A DNA stretch of 64,000 nt from NCBI GenBank assembly GCA_965223865.1, contig OZ245020.1, positions 1,344,001-1,408,000 on the forward strand. Direction: 5' to 3'. Origin of the DNA: Nitrosarchaeum sp. (GTDB lineage: Archaea; Thermoproteota; Nitrososphaeria; Nitrososphaerales; Nitrosopumilaceae). Under the pieces are notes generated by a model, which saw only the letters and a program-made list of their open reading frames with translations, was not told the origin of the DNA and did not search any database. The translations under genes were made by a program, and so were the position numbers. Each line of letters begins with the position of its first letter. Positions within the stretch are counted from its first letter, which is position 1. Shown here piece after piece: positions 1 to 9,926 of this stretch.

Positions 1-42
1 ACTTGCTAACTTATAGCATACAAAAATCACTTTTATTCATAA

Positions 43-345
43 TTGTCACTCCGAACCCCCATTAATGATACAACAAAAATAATGATAATTCTTCTAGTAG
101 GAATTGCGGCAAGTCTAGTAGTTATTTCTGTAATTGGAATACCTTATGATCAAGCTTGTAGAGAAATTCATAATTATTCAAAGCAAGCAGCTGAGGAGGA
201 TTCCCCATATGAACCAGATCCTGAAAAATAATTGGATGCATTTAGACAGGAATTTGGAGATTCGTGGGCAGTGGGATACTATGATGAGAAAAAGGATTCA
301 CTGCATGTGTGCAAGTTTAAGGAACATAATTTTTTGATTTTCTAA
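43..345 (+). pseudogene. small membrane-anchored protein interrupted by an in-frame TAA at 229-231
   Basis: N-terminal TM helix (IMIILLVGIAASLVVISVIGIP); the frame continues after the stop as LDAFRQEFGDSWAVGYYDEKKDSLHVCKFKEHNFLIF to TAA 343-345; one Cys on each side of the stop. Confidence 0.5.
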
Positions 346-376
346 GCTGCTGGAAAACGCATTCGCAAGGGTTTTC

Positions 377-751
377 TCAATACATAGTATTGTTATTTTC
401 TGAATTTTCAGGAATTTGTTGGATAGAATCCCAATGCTCCACTATCTTCCCATTCTCATCAAACCTGAAAAAGTCCATTGTCACGTACTCGTCATTTCCG
501 GGCCAAGTCTGGTGCGTGTGCAAGGCGACCAGATCCCCTTCTGCAATGACTCTCACAAACTCTATGCCCTTTTCAGGATACTCTTTTGACATACGCTCAA
601 AATAATCGATGAACCCTTGTCTTCCGTTTGCTACTGCAGGATTGTGTTGAATGTAATCATCTCCTACAAATTTCTCAACAGCCTCTTTTGGATTGCCTTC
701 ATAGGCCATCCTGTAAAACGCTATTGCATTTTGTTTATTTTCTTCAAGCAC
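377..751 (-). CDS. SnoaL/NTF2-like fold protein (ester cyclase family)
   Basis: YIQHNP, IAEGDLVALH and DFFRFDENGKIVEHWD motifs. Confidence 0.85.
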   Translation of the reverse strand: MLEENKQNAIAFYRMAYEGNPKEAVEKFVGDDYIQHNPAVANGRQGFIDYFERMSKEYPEKGIEFVRVIAEGDLVALHTHQTWPGNDEYVTMDFFRFDENGKIVEHWDSIQQIPENSENNNTMY

Positions 752-839
752 AACAAAGAAATCAATTGAGCATACTTTAGTATTTCAGATTCAGTATTAT
801 GGAATATTGGACCGTTTATTCTTAGTTGGAAGAATAAAA

Positions 840-1898
840 TCAGTTCATCTCTTGCAATAATGACAATCCCAATTTATGAACTGGTTTCATAGCTCTGTTT
901 GTTAGAACAACAGCAGCTGATTGGTTTTGCAGATTCATGCACATGAAACTAGAAAACCCTTGTGTGCCACCATCATGTCCAAGAACATCGACATTTTCTT
1001 GTGGAAACACAAACCACCCTATACGAAAAGTAGACAAGAAAATTCCAACAGATTTTGTAAATAATTTCATAGATGTGGGGATTTTTGGAGTGGTTTTGGT
1101 ATTTTGGCAGTATTCAAAAACAGGGGAGAGTTTTGTTTTGGTCAAGCCCAGGCTTGCTTTTAGGAACTTTATCATGTCAGATGTAGTTGAACGCAAACTT
1201 GCAGCTGCCTCTATTGCAGGAACATTCCAGTAATCAGTTTGTTTATTCCTAAAGGAATAGCCTGTTGCCAGTTTATGTTTATGGGATTCAAAAATGTCAA
1301 TCCCAGTATCTCTCATATCAAGCACATCACAAACATGACTTTTCACGAGTTGTTCGTATGAACTTCCAGTGATTCTTTCAAGTACTTTCCCTGCCAAACC
1401 AAAAGCGAGATTTGAATACATCCACGTATTTCCAGGAGAATTTTTTAGTTTTTGTGTGGACATGTATTTTAGAAATTTTTTTGTATCGTATTCGTATTCC
1501 GCAATTCGTGATTTGCCAGTAGACATTATTGACAACATTTGAGAGGCAAATACAGAAAATGAAAATTCTGAAATTCCTGAAGTATGTGTAAGAAGATGAT
1601 TCAAAGTAATGTTATTTTTATCAAATGCAGAATCTTTTAGCTCTGGTAGGAATATAGTTATAGGTTCATCAAGTGATAATATTCCTTCTTGTTGTAATTT
1701 CACTGCAAGTATAGCAGTAAAGGTCTTTGTCATTGAGCCAATCTCAAAAACGGTATCGGTAGTTGGTTCAGTATTTGATTTTTTTTCAATTTCTCCATAA
1801 TTGAAAGTTTGAATGCCATTTTCATTGATTAACCCAACAGAAATTCCGGGACTTTTCCCAGATGTGACATGTTGTTTGAGAAGAGATTCAATACTCAC
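840..1898 (-). CDS. serine hydrolase, beta-lactamase/AmpC-like family
   Basis: FEIGSMTK (SxxK), LLTHTSG, YSN (YxN), HDGG; no signal peptide; overlaps the upstream gene stop by 4 nt. Confidence 0.9.
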   Translation of the reverse strand: MSIESLLKQHVTSGKSPGISVGLINENGIQTFNYGEIEKKSNTEPTTDTVFEIGSMTKTFTAILAVKLQQEGILSLDEPITIFLPELKDSAFDKNNITLNHLLTHTSGISEFSFSVFASQMLSIMSTGKSRIAEYEYDTKKFLKYMSTQKLKNSPGNTWMYSNLAFGLAGKVLERITGSSYEQLVKSHVCDVLDMRDTGIDIFESHKHKLATGYSFRNKQTDYWNVPAIEAAASLRSTTSDMIKFLKASLGLTKTKLSPVFEYCQNTKTTPKIPTSMKLFTKSVGIFLSTFRIGWFVFPQENVDVLGHDGGTQGFSSFMCMNLQNQSAAVVLTNRAMKPVHKLGLSLLQEMN

Positions 1899-3115
1899 TT
1901 TATTTTCTCATCCCAATTCACCTTGTAAGAGAATATCCAATTTTGTCCTTTTTTGAAATTGGATTCACGTAAACCAACTTTAAGGAAAATTTTAGCGGCA
2001 ATCTTGCCCAAAATTCCAGATCTTAGAAATATGTTGCCGCTTTTCTGTGCTTCCATTACTATTCTCTCCACTCTGTCCTTTCGCAAAGACTCAAACTTTG
2101 TAAATGATTGCTCATGGTCAGAAACATCCCTAAGGCATTTTGCAAGGGCCACTGCATCCTCCATTGAGGCTGCCGCACCCTGGCCTATGTGGGGGGATGT
2201 GGCATGTGCAGCATCTCCAATCAGACACACCCTACCCTTATGCCACTTGTCCAAATGTGGGATGGAATAGATTGGAATCTTGACATAGTCTCTTGACATC
2301 TTGATGAATCTCTTTATCTGATCATCCTCTTTGTGAAACTCGAGCAATTTTTTTGTCCATTGTTCATCTGAGATATTTTTCAGCTCAGTCTTTATGGATT
2401 CTTCAGGATATGGAACATAACTCCACCAAACCATATTGTTGTCTGCTTCTACTGATGCACCACACAAGGTATTTTTGGCAAGGGTCATGTGAAATGCATT
2501 TGGTTCCAAACTGTGATCACTTTTTTTGCCCAACTCAGATCCTATCACGACAGTTCCAGAATATTCAGGCAATGGCGCACCAGGCAAGATTGCCTCTCTT
2601 GTCTTGGAGCGCAATCCGTCACAGCCTATTAGGAGATCCCCTTCTGCGCAAGTTCCGTCTTCAAAATGCGCAGTTACCTTTTCATCTGTCTCTTTGACAT
2701 CAACAAGTCTTTTTCCAAACTCCACAGGCATGCCAATGGATATGGCCTTTTGGGTCATCTCATGAATTAAATTCTCACGCCTGATGATTACCATGCCAGA
2801 ACCAAACTTTTCTCTCATCCATCCCCCAAAATCCATCTTGAAGATGTTCTTTCCGGAATGATTGTAAAAAAAGATCTTTGTAGAGTCGTCTACATTGATG
2901 CTCTTGTACACATCCAACATCTTCAAAATATTGATTCCGTTTGAGGTCAAAGAGAGCAGCCCAAAGTTTGGAGGTTTCTTATGTGCCTCATATATCTCTG
3001 AGTCAATTCCAGCACGATTTAGTGCAAGTGCCAAAGTTGGACCTGCAATTCCACATCCTACAATTATCACCTTTTTCTTATCTTTTTTATTTTCTGTGGA
3101 ATTCTCTGCTGTCAT
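1895..3115 (-). CDS. FAD-dependent monooxygenase (UbiH/salicylate hydroxylase-like, group A)
   Basis: GCGIAG Rossmann motif, LLIGCDGLRS (DG motif), LIGDAAHATSPHIGQG (GD motif). Confidence 0.9.
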   Translation of the reverse strand: MTAENSTENKKDKKKVIIVGCGIAGPTLALALNRAGIDSEIYEAHKKPPNFGLLSLTSNGINILKMLDVYKSINVDDSTKIFFYNHSGKNIFKMDFGGWMREKFGSGMVIIRRENLIHEMTQKAISIGMPVEFGKRLVDVKETDEKVTAHFEDGTCAEGDLLIGCDGLRSKTREAILPGAPLPEYSGTVVIGSELGKKSDHSLEPNAFHMTLAKNTLCGASVEADNNMVWWSYVPYPEESIKTELKNISDEQWTKKLLEFHKEDDQIKRFIKMSRDYVKIPIYSIPHLDKWHKGRVCLIGDAAHATSPHIGQGAAASMEDAVALAKCLRDVSDHEQSFTKFESLRKDRVERIVMEAQKSGNIFLRSGILGKIAAKIFLKVGLRESNFKKGQNWIFSYKVNWDEKIK

Positions 3116-3150
3116 TTTTTGTTCTCTTTGCTGTATCTTAGTTCTGAAAT

Positions 3151-3175
3151 TATATAAACCGACCGGTGCACCGGT
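3151..3175. promoter_or_regulatory. TATA box plus perfect 14-bp palindrome, candidate TetR operator
   Basis: ACCGGTGCACCGGT at 3162-3175 lies next to TTTATATA (minus strand, 3151-3158) in the divergent monooxygenase/TetR intergenic region. Confidence 0.65.
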
Positions 3176-3245
3176 ATGTATTAGTTTTATAGTTGAGAAC
3201 CAAATCAGTAGAATTTAGATACTGGTGTGTGTCCTATTGTAGATA

Positions 3246-3845
3246 GTGAAGAAAACCCGTGTCAAAGACCCTGTTTCTGTAAAAAAAAGAATACTGGAAT
3301 CAGCTACAAAGAATTTTGCAAAAAACGGGTATGCAAAGACATCGCTTAATTCGATTGCAGAATCTGCCAAGGTAAGCAAAGGAGGACTGTACCATCACTT
3401 TCAAAGCAAGGAGGAACTGTTTACTGCAGTACTGTTTCAAAGCGTAGAACTTTCTGAAAAAACCAACTCAAATCTATTTCAAAACAAGGACAACATTGTA
3501 AAAGATCTGAACGAAAGTTATGACAAGGTAATTGACGGACCATTAAATTTTGCCAAAATCTGGATAGAGGGAATTTCTGAGTCAATACATAATCCAAAGC
3601 TCAGAAAACTGCTAAATCAGGGACGAGGTGAAACGGTAAAAATTGCAGTATCAAGACTAAAGAAAATACGAGAAGGTATAGGCGCATATCAAGGATTTAG
3701 TGATTCTGAGTTGACAGAGGTGGCAGAGTTAGTTTTGGACATATACAGAGGAATGATGATTGAAAGAGTATTGGGAAAGGACTCAAAATTGATCAGAAAG
3801 CGATGGATCAAAGCAATGCAATTGCTTTTGGCTTTGAAAAAATGA
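3246..3845 (+). CDS. TetR/AcrR family transcriptional regulator
   Basis: N-terminal HTH: ILESATKNFAKNGYAKTSLNSIAESAKVSKGGLYHHFQSKEELF. Confidence 0.92.
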   Translation: MKKTRVKDPVSVKKRILESATKNFAKNGYAKTSLNSIAESAKVSKGGLYHHFQSKEELFTAVLFQSVELSEKTNSNLFQNKDNIVKDLNESYDKVIDGPLNFAKIWIEGISESIHNPKLRKLLNQGRGETVKIAVSRLKKIREGIGAYQGFSDSELTEVAELVLDIYRGMMIERVLGKDSKLIRKRWIKAMQLLLALKK

Positions 3846-3894
3846 GGTTAAGTTTTTACTACTAATCATGTTCTTGAATTGTAAACATGTTAGT

Positions 3895-4170
3895 TTATTT
3901 TAAAAAATAATCCACGGATTTTCGAGATGTTATATTTGCCTCGTTTTTGGAATTGTATTTTGAGTTTCCTAGTCTGAGTGAATAACCTATTAGTAAAAAC
4001 AGGGCAATTGCAGGAATGGTAAATCCTACTGCTACTATACCATACAGTACTTCTTTTGTCAATACATTTGCAAGAAAATTCTGGATTGGAGGAAAAGCAA
4101 CCACAATCAAGCTAGTTAAAAGTGAAGAAAACATGAAAAGTCCAAAATATTGCCACTTGTGATTTTGCAT
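3895..4170 (-). CDS. hypothetical membrane protein (2 TM)
   Basis: ATG-started ORF with two hydrophobic helices. Confidence 0.6.
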   Translation of the reverse strand: MQNHKWQYFGLFMFSSLLTSLIVVAFPPIQNFLANVLTKEVLYGIVAVGFTIPAIALFLLIGYSLRLGNSKYNSKNEANITSRKSVDYFLK

Positions 4171-4258
4171 TTGTAATTGTTAGTTAGCAGTAGAATTTAT
4201 CTTTGATTAAAAATAACGTAAATTTGGTGACAATTAAAGTAATTTATTAATTAAACAA

Positions 4259-4768
4259 TTACCTATTTGCATTTATTTGATTTCTTTTCTGTTTGAATGC
4301 CCAAAGTATGGCTACAAAAGCAGATGCCATAATTGAGCTAAATGCCAGATTTGCTACACTAAACATTGCATAAAGGGAAGCTTCTGCAATGTTTTCACGA
4401 AGAACCAGCGAATTATTGCTAATTTCAACGAGTTTTACATGATATGAAGAACTATCTTGCGGAGTCCACGTAAGTGATTCTGCATTCAGAATCATTCTAT
4501 CCAAATTCTCTTGCATACGGTTAAAGTCAGTAGTCATTGTAGGATAGATAAAAACAGGATTACCCTTATGCGGCAGATTTGTTTTTATCTCTTCAAGATT
4601 GGAATAGATCTCTTGAGGATCAGAGGAACTCATTACAATTCCTAACTGTGTTCTACTTTTGTCAAGGGGGTAAATGGCACCAAAATAATAACTAGTAAAC
4701 ATATATCCTGCAAAAACGACAACTGCAAGCATCCCAACAACATATGGAAGATAGATCTTGTTTATCAT
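4259..4768 (-). CDS. hypothetical membrane protein (N- and C-terminal TM, helical middle domain)
   Basis: long ORF; ATG at 4768 (MINKIYLPY) preferred over the TTG at 4831. Confidence 0.65.
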   Translation of the reverse strand: MINKIYLPYVVGMLAVVVFAGYMFTSYYFGAIYPLDKSRTQLGIVMSSSDPQEIYSNLEEIKTNLPHKGNPVFIYPTMTTDFNRMQENLDRMILNAESLTWTPQDSSSYHVKLVEISNNSLVLRENIAEASLYAMFSVANLAFSSIMASAFVAILWAFKQKRNQINANR

Positions 4769-4820
4769 TTGTTTTCCATTTTGTTTATGTACTTTATTTC
4801 TTTTTTTGAAACTTGGGTGA

Positions 4821-4985
4821 TTATAATCCAAAAATCTCTTCCATCTCTATTCTTGGATTCTTTTTTGGAATTTTCCTAATGGAATTTCCAATATCCAAAT
4901 TTCGGTACTTTATCATGCATGCCATTGTAAATCCTATGATACCCAACATCATTATATCAATGGGTGTAGGTACAGGAAGATTCAT
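4821..4985 (-). CDS. 54-aa single-TM protein (not in ORF track)
   Basis: MNLPVPTPIDIMMLGIIGFTMACMIKYRNLDIGNSIRKIPKKNPRIEMEEIFGL; co-oriented with its neighbours. Confidence 0.45.
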   Translation of the reverse strand: MNLPVPTPIDIMMLGIIGFTMACMIKYRNLDIGNSIRKIPKKNPRIEMEEIFGL

Positions 4986-5345
4986 GATTAAGATATTACA
5001 TTCATGATTTTATAAAATGTTGTTTTTTTCCACGTGGGTACGTTCTAAAACACCTTAACTATATCCCCATACACGTTGTGCTCCCATTCAAATTTGAACC
5101 AAATATTGAACAATTTCAGATCTAAAACCTTATGAGAAGCGTCAGATTTCTAGGCGTAAACTGGAGGATTTCTATTTTTACTCTTTCTCGATGAATTCTT
5201 TCGCACCTTATCTATAAAATAAACAAAAACTAATCTCTAGAATTTTATTCATATGGAAAAGTGTTCTAATCATCTCTTTAAGATCCTACATTCTCAGATT
5301 TGATAATAGTCAATTAATTAATCTGCTTCTGACAGAGGTGGGTAT

Positions 5346-5873
5346 ATGTTGAATGAAAAAAGATTTGTAGAGTTGATATCTTCTAGACATTCGGTTCGTT
5401 CATTCAAAGATATCTCTATCTCAGAGGATAACTTAACCACAATAATTGATGCATCCACAAAAGGCCCTTCTTCTGGAAACCTACAATCCTATCATACTTT
5501 TATCGTAACTAAAAAGGATCACAAGAAAAAATTAGTTGATGCAGCACATGGACAGGGATACATAAATGAAGCACCATTAGTTATGATATTTTGTGCAGAT
5601 CCTAAAAGATGCAGTACCGAATACGAATCAAGAGGAGAAGAGTTGTTTTGTATTCAAGATGCAACAATTGCATGTGCATATGCTCAAATCTCTGCTCACA
5701 GCTTGGATCTTTCTTCAGTATGGATAGGCTCTTTTGATGAAGACAAAGTATCTGAAATATTGAATTTAGATAAGGATCTTAGACCTGTTGCCATTCTTCC
5801 AATAGGATTTTCAAATGAAACTCCTGAAATTACTGGTAGAAGATCAAAAGAAGAGATTATCCATAAAATCTAA
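5346..5873 (+). CDS. nitroreductase family protein
   Basis: RHSVRSF, PSSGNLQ, AHSLDLSSVWIG motifs; GAGGTG SD-like sequence upstream. Confidence 0.9.
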   Translation: MLNEKRFVELISSRHSVRSFKDISISEDNLTTIIDASTKGPSSGNLQSYHTFIVTKKDHKKKLVDAAHGQGYINEAPLVMIFCADPKRCSTEYESRGEELFCIQDATIACAYAQISAHSLDLSSVWIGSFDEDKVSEILNLDKDLRPVAILPIGFSNETPEITGRRSKEEIIHKI

Positions 5874-5973
5874 AATAAAAATGGCTTATCCATTAAAATT
5901 TCTCAAAACATTCGAATTAGAAAAAGCACTAGACTTAGAATTAGATTGAAAATTTTCAATTGGGCGAAATTTT

Positions 5974-6633
5974 TTGAGCAAAACTGAAAATAATAAAAAA
6001 TATCAATCAAGGATGGATGAATTAATCAAAACCATGAAAAATTCTGGTTATCTAAATGACAGTAAAGTCGAATGGGCAATTAGAAAAAATCCTAGACATG
6101 AATTCGTACCTGAATCTTTTCTTGATATTGCTTATGAGAATATCCCAATACCTTTAATAAAAAATCAAACTATTTCCCAGCCCATCGTAGTATCAAGAAT
6201 GACTGAATGGCTAAATGTTATGGATGGACAAAAAATCTTAGAGGTAGGCAGCGGCTCAGGTTGGCAATCTGCCATACTTTCGTTCTTGGTTGGTCAGGGT
6301 GAGGTTTTTTCCATTGAGAGACATCCTGAATTGGTAGAATTTGCCAGAAACAATTTGGACAAACTAGGAATAGAAAACGTCACTGTTATTTTGGGAGATG
6401 GTAGTATGGGATTTCCAAAAGAATCCCCTTTTGATAGAATAATTATTACTGCTGCTTGTAAAAAAATTCCAGATCAATTACTACGCCAATTATCTTTAAA
6501 CGGATTGTTAATTGCTCCAGTTGGCAAAAACCTTCAATCATTAATCTTAGTTAAAAAAACATCACAAGGAATTATGGAAATCGAGTGTCAACCTGGATAT
6601 TCCTTTGTACCTCTTTTTGATAAATTCAGCTAA
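5974..6633 (+). CDS. pcm: protein-L-isoaspartate O-methyltransferase
   Basis: [37 protein letters not shown]. Confidence 0.93.
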   Translation: MSKTENNKKYQSRMDELIKTMKNSGYLNDSKVEWAIRKNPRHEFVPESFLDIAYENIPIPLIKNQTISQPIVVSRMTEWLNVMDGQKILEVGSGSGWQSAILSFLVGQGEVFSIERHPELVEFARNNLDKLGIENVTVILGDGSMGFPKESPFDRIIITAACKKIPDQLLRQLSLNGLLIAPVGKNLQSLILVKKTSQGIMEIECQPGYSFVPLFDKFS

Positions 6634-6716
6634 ATTACAATAAGAATTCATTTTCATCATTTCTAAAATTGATAATTATCTATCTATTTTATGTCAAAAT
6701 TCACGTAATCATACCG

Positions 6717-7775
6717 ATGGAAAAAGATGCAATTCTCTATGAAAGATTACCAAATCACAAGGTAAGGTGTTTGGCATGTGCTCGTTATTGTGAACTTGGA
6801 GAAGATCAGATTGGATTGTGTGGGATTCGAGGCAATAAAGATGGAAGACTTGTTCTTTATGTATATGGGAAAGTAGCTGCTGCTCATATTGACCCAATTG
6901 AGAAAAAACCAGTAACTCATTTTATGCCCGGAAGTAAAATTTTCTCAATTGGAACTACAGGATGTAATTGGCTTTGTAAATATTGCATAAACTTTGATCT
7001 CAGTCAACGAAGAAAAATTGAAGGTGTAGATATTTCTCCCAAGGAGGTTGTAGACCAAGCAATTCAAAGGAATTGTCATGGTATTGCATATACCTACAAT
7101 GAACCAAGCATTTTTTTAGAATACGCAAGAGACTGTGGGGTTTTAGCGAGAAAGAAAGGATTGTTTAACATCTTTGTTTCAAATGGATATGATACGCCAG
7201 AATCTGTATCGATGATGGATCAATTTCTAGATAGTATCACCATTGACTTTAAAGGTAATGGAGAGGAAAAATTTGTCAGAAAATATGTAGGAATACCAAA
7301 CTCTCAACCAATTTTTGATACATTAATTGAAATTCGTGATAAGACAAAGATTCATGTCGAAATAACTGATTTGATTGTCCCACAGGTAGGAGACAGTCTT
7401 ATTCATGCCAAAAAATTATGTAAATTCATTTATGATGAGTTTGGACCTGACATGCCAATTCATTTCTTACAATTTCATCCATCATACAAGATGACAGAGT
7501 TTGAGTCCACACCTGTTGCAACTTTAGAGAAGCATCATGAGATTGCAAAAAAGGAAGGTTTGAGATATGCATATGTTGGAAACGTACCTGGGCATCCCTT
7601 AGAGCATACTTATTGCCATGAATGCAAAAAAATTGTGGTTAGAAGATATAATTTTGATATTTTAGAATGGAACCTAGATGAAAACAACCAATGTAAATAC
7701 TGTGGAAATCAAATCCCAATTGTAGGAAAATTAAATCTGTCTTACAAAGAACGAAGATTTGAGTTTGTCTTCTAA
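6717..7775 (+). CDS. amrS: AmmeMemoRadiSam system radical SAM enzyme
   Basis: N-terminal [29 protein letters not shown] (CxxxCxxC), YTYNEP, C-terminal CHEC/CKYC Zn ribbon; ATG 6717 likely start. Confidence 0.88.
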   Translation: MEKDAILYERLPNHKVRCLACARYCELGEDQIGLCGIRGNKDGRLVLYVYGKVAAAHIDPIEKKPVTHFMPGSKIFSIGTTGCNWLCKYCINFDLSQRRKIEGVDISPKEVVDQAIQRNCHGIAYTYNEPSIFLEYARDCGVLARKKGLFNIFVSNGYDTPESVSMMDQFLDSITIDFKGNGEEKFVRKYVGIPNSQPIFDTLIEIRDKTKIHVEITDLIVPQVGDSLIHAKKLCKFIYDEFGPDMPIHFLQFHPSYKMTEFESTPVATLEKHHEIAKKEGLRYAYVGNVPGHPLEHTYCHECKKIVVRRYNFDILEWNLDENNQCKYCGNQIPIVGKLNLSYKERRFEFVF

Positions 7776-7794
7776 TTTATTATAAAAATGAAGT

Positions 7795-8274
7795 TTAGTT
7801 ATGTGAATTAAGTTTCAGACTTTTATCTCCATTTACTATGAGAATTGGCACTTTGGAACTCTGAACAAGAGCATTTGATACACTACCTAATGAAGGACCT
7901 GTTATCTTGTTTGTCCCTCTACGTCCCATAACAACCAGATCAAATTTTTTCTTTTTTATTAGATTCAAAAGTTCAGCAGATGGAGTACCATAAAGTATGT
8001 GTTGATTAACTAATATTCCTTCTTTAAAGGCAGAATGTTTTGCATCTTTTAAGAATTTTTTTACATGACTGATCATTTTACCTTTGTAAGGTTGCACAAT
8101 TTTTGCCATTGCGTTATGATAGGAAATCACATGAACCACAGATATCGTACTATTTGATAATTGTGCTAAGGTAATTGCATAGATTAGTGCTCTTTTTGAA
8201 TTTGCAGAATTATCAAAAGGAACAAGAATGCTTTTCAAAGTTTTTGCCATTATATTTACACTATATTTAGACAT
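7795..8274 (-). CDS. universal stress protein (UspA family)
   Basis: ILVPFDNS, DLVVMGRRG..LGSVSNALV..PILIV. Confidence 0.9.
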   Translation of the reverse strand: MSKYSVNIMAKTLKSILVPFDNSANSKRALIYAITLAQLSNSTISVVHVISYHNAMAKIVQPYKGKMISHVKKFLKDAKHSAFKEGILVNQHILYGTPSAELLNLIKKKKFDLVVMGRRGTNKITGPSLGSVSNALVQSSKVPILIVNGDKSLKLNSHN

Positions 8275-8304
8275 TAAATAAACTCAAGACAAATATCAAA
8301 GATG

Positions 8305-8705
8305 GTAAAAACAAAATTCCATTTTTCTTTAGAGTTCTAATCTGTGTTAAATAAGCAGATAGTTTTTCTTGCTCAAAAATATGAAAAACACCTCTATCCA
8401 GGATAATCAATTCACTATCAATAAATTCTGAATGAAATATCATCTACTACATAGGAAGCCTTTGGATACAATCTTTTTGCCCTTTCTATCACACTTTGAG
8501 ATAAATCTGAATCAATCACAACAAATCCTAAATTTACTAACTACATAGCTTGTGTTCCAAGCCCGTACCTAAATCCAAAAATCTCCCTTAGATTTTTGGA
8601 TTTATTTTTTTTTGACATCTAAATCAAGATTCTTTTCAAACCAACATTTTTTCAACCTCCTTTTCTTTGTAAAACATGTTCCAATCAGGATTTTATTATT
8701 GTCAT
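8305..8705 (-). pseudogene. class I SAM-dependent methyltransferase remnant
   Basis: fragments in shifting frames: PDWNMFYKEKEVEKM, WFEKNLDLD, FLDLGTG / GTQAM*LVNLGFVVIDSDLSQSVIERAKRL, ILDRG, FHIFE, LKKNGILFL; frameshifts and a TAG stop. Confidence 0.75.
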
Positions 8706-8761
8706 TTAATGTAATTTAAAAAAACAAAGCATATAATCTGTTAATAGATTTAAGTTTAGAA

Positions 8762-9013
8762 TTATTTTGAAGTAAGAATGCTTACTAGTTCATTAATCTC
8801 TTGAATTTTATCTTCTAATGACTTGAATTGTGATAAATCCGAGTAATCAGATACCTCATTTAGCTTATCGATAATATTTGGCTTGACCGCGTATTTCTTA
8901 ATCTCTTTTGACAAGATTTTGCATTGTTCATCAAGTTTTATCTTATCTTGAGTTTGTAAGGCATCTTTAATTTCACATAGATCTTGTGCTATAATGTTTT
9001 CATTTTTCTCCAT
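8762..9013 (-). CDS. hypothetical helical protein
   Basis: 83-aa ATG ORF in an AT-rich region. Confidence 0.55.
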   Translation of the reverse strand: MEKNENIIAQDLCEIKDALQTQDKIKLDEQCKILSKEIKKYAVKPNIIDKLNEVSDYSDLSQFKSLEDKIQEINELVSILTSK

Positions 9014-9370
9014 ACGTGATAAATTTTAAGAGCTAAAAATAATCTTTTTTATAAAATTTGTAACGCAAAATTCGTCTTTTTTAGGATATTTTTGAAAAGT
9101 TAAAACTTTGAAAATTATTGTTTGAAATAATTACAAATTTTTTCATTTATAATTCAAGTAATTAACTAGCAGATATTAAAAATAAACAAAGATCATTTCA
9201 ATGCAAAACCTGTCAAAAATTTTTACCAATCTCAAAAATAAAACATCACGTTTTGAATAAGTATTTTGGACTTAATATTTGATCATCGGGATTTAGAAAA
9301 TAATGTAATATAGTGTTATGAAAACCAATTTTTAGATCAAGCTTATTTACAATGAATATTATTTTATAAT

Positions 9371-9787
9371 ATGAGTAAATCAACAGACGAGAAAAAAGAT
9401 ATTTTTACAGAATGCAAAAAGAACACTGAAAAATTTTTTAACGAAATTGATAAATCCTCACCAGTTTATCATCAAATAACAACTGACATACAAAAAAGCT
9501 ATTTTGAGGCATGGAAGAATGTAATCAATTCATCAATTGCTTTACAACAAGAATTTGCTACCAAATCAGGTCTGAATGTTAATGTTTCTGAAGAGACGCT
9601 AAAGGCAATTCAAAATATGACTGATAGAGCAGTATCTGCATACCAAAGTCAGAACAAATTCGCTATGGATTCTACTGAAGCATCAAAAAAAATATTTGAT
9701 GTATTTAATGAAAATACCAAAGTTTTTGCCTCCCTGAATAAAAATATGATAGAACTGATGGAATCTGTTTTGAAAAAAAATTCATAA
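9371..9787 (+). CDS. hypothetical amphipathic all-helical protein (phasin-like appearance)
   Basis: 138-aa ORF with helical heptad pattern; followed by a T-rich tract. Confidence 0.7.
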   Translation: MSKSTDEKKDIFTECKKNTEKFFNEIDKSSPVYHQITTDIQKSYFEAWKNVINSSIALQQEFATKSGLNVNVSEETLKAIQNMTDRAVSAYQSQNKFAMDSTEASKKIFDVFNENTKVFASLNKNMIELMESVLKKNS

Positions 9788-9926
9788 AAAACCAAACTTA
9801 TCTTTTCTCATTTTTTCCTATCAAATAGGAACTCTATTTCTAATTAGTTTCAATGAATTCAATGCACGTCTAACAATTCCTCTATGAAAAATAAAAAAAT
9901 TAACTGTAATAATTATTTGATTTCAT

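Noticed and set aside
840-1898. Call as a true antibiotic-resistance beta-lactamase
   Set aside because: The motifs define the wider SxxK hydrolase family, there is no export signal, and archaea lack the beta-lactam target
5010-5300. Possible gene remnant on the minus strand
   Set aside because: Short coding-like pieces (GFRSEIVQYLVQ, EWEHNVYGDIVKVF) but no family I can identify with confidence
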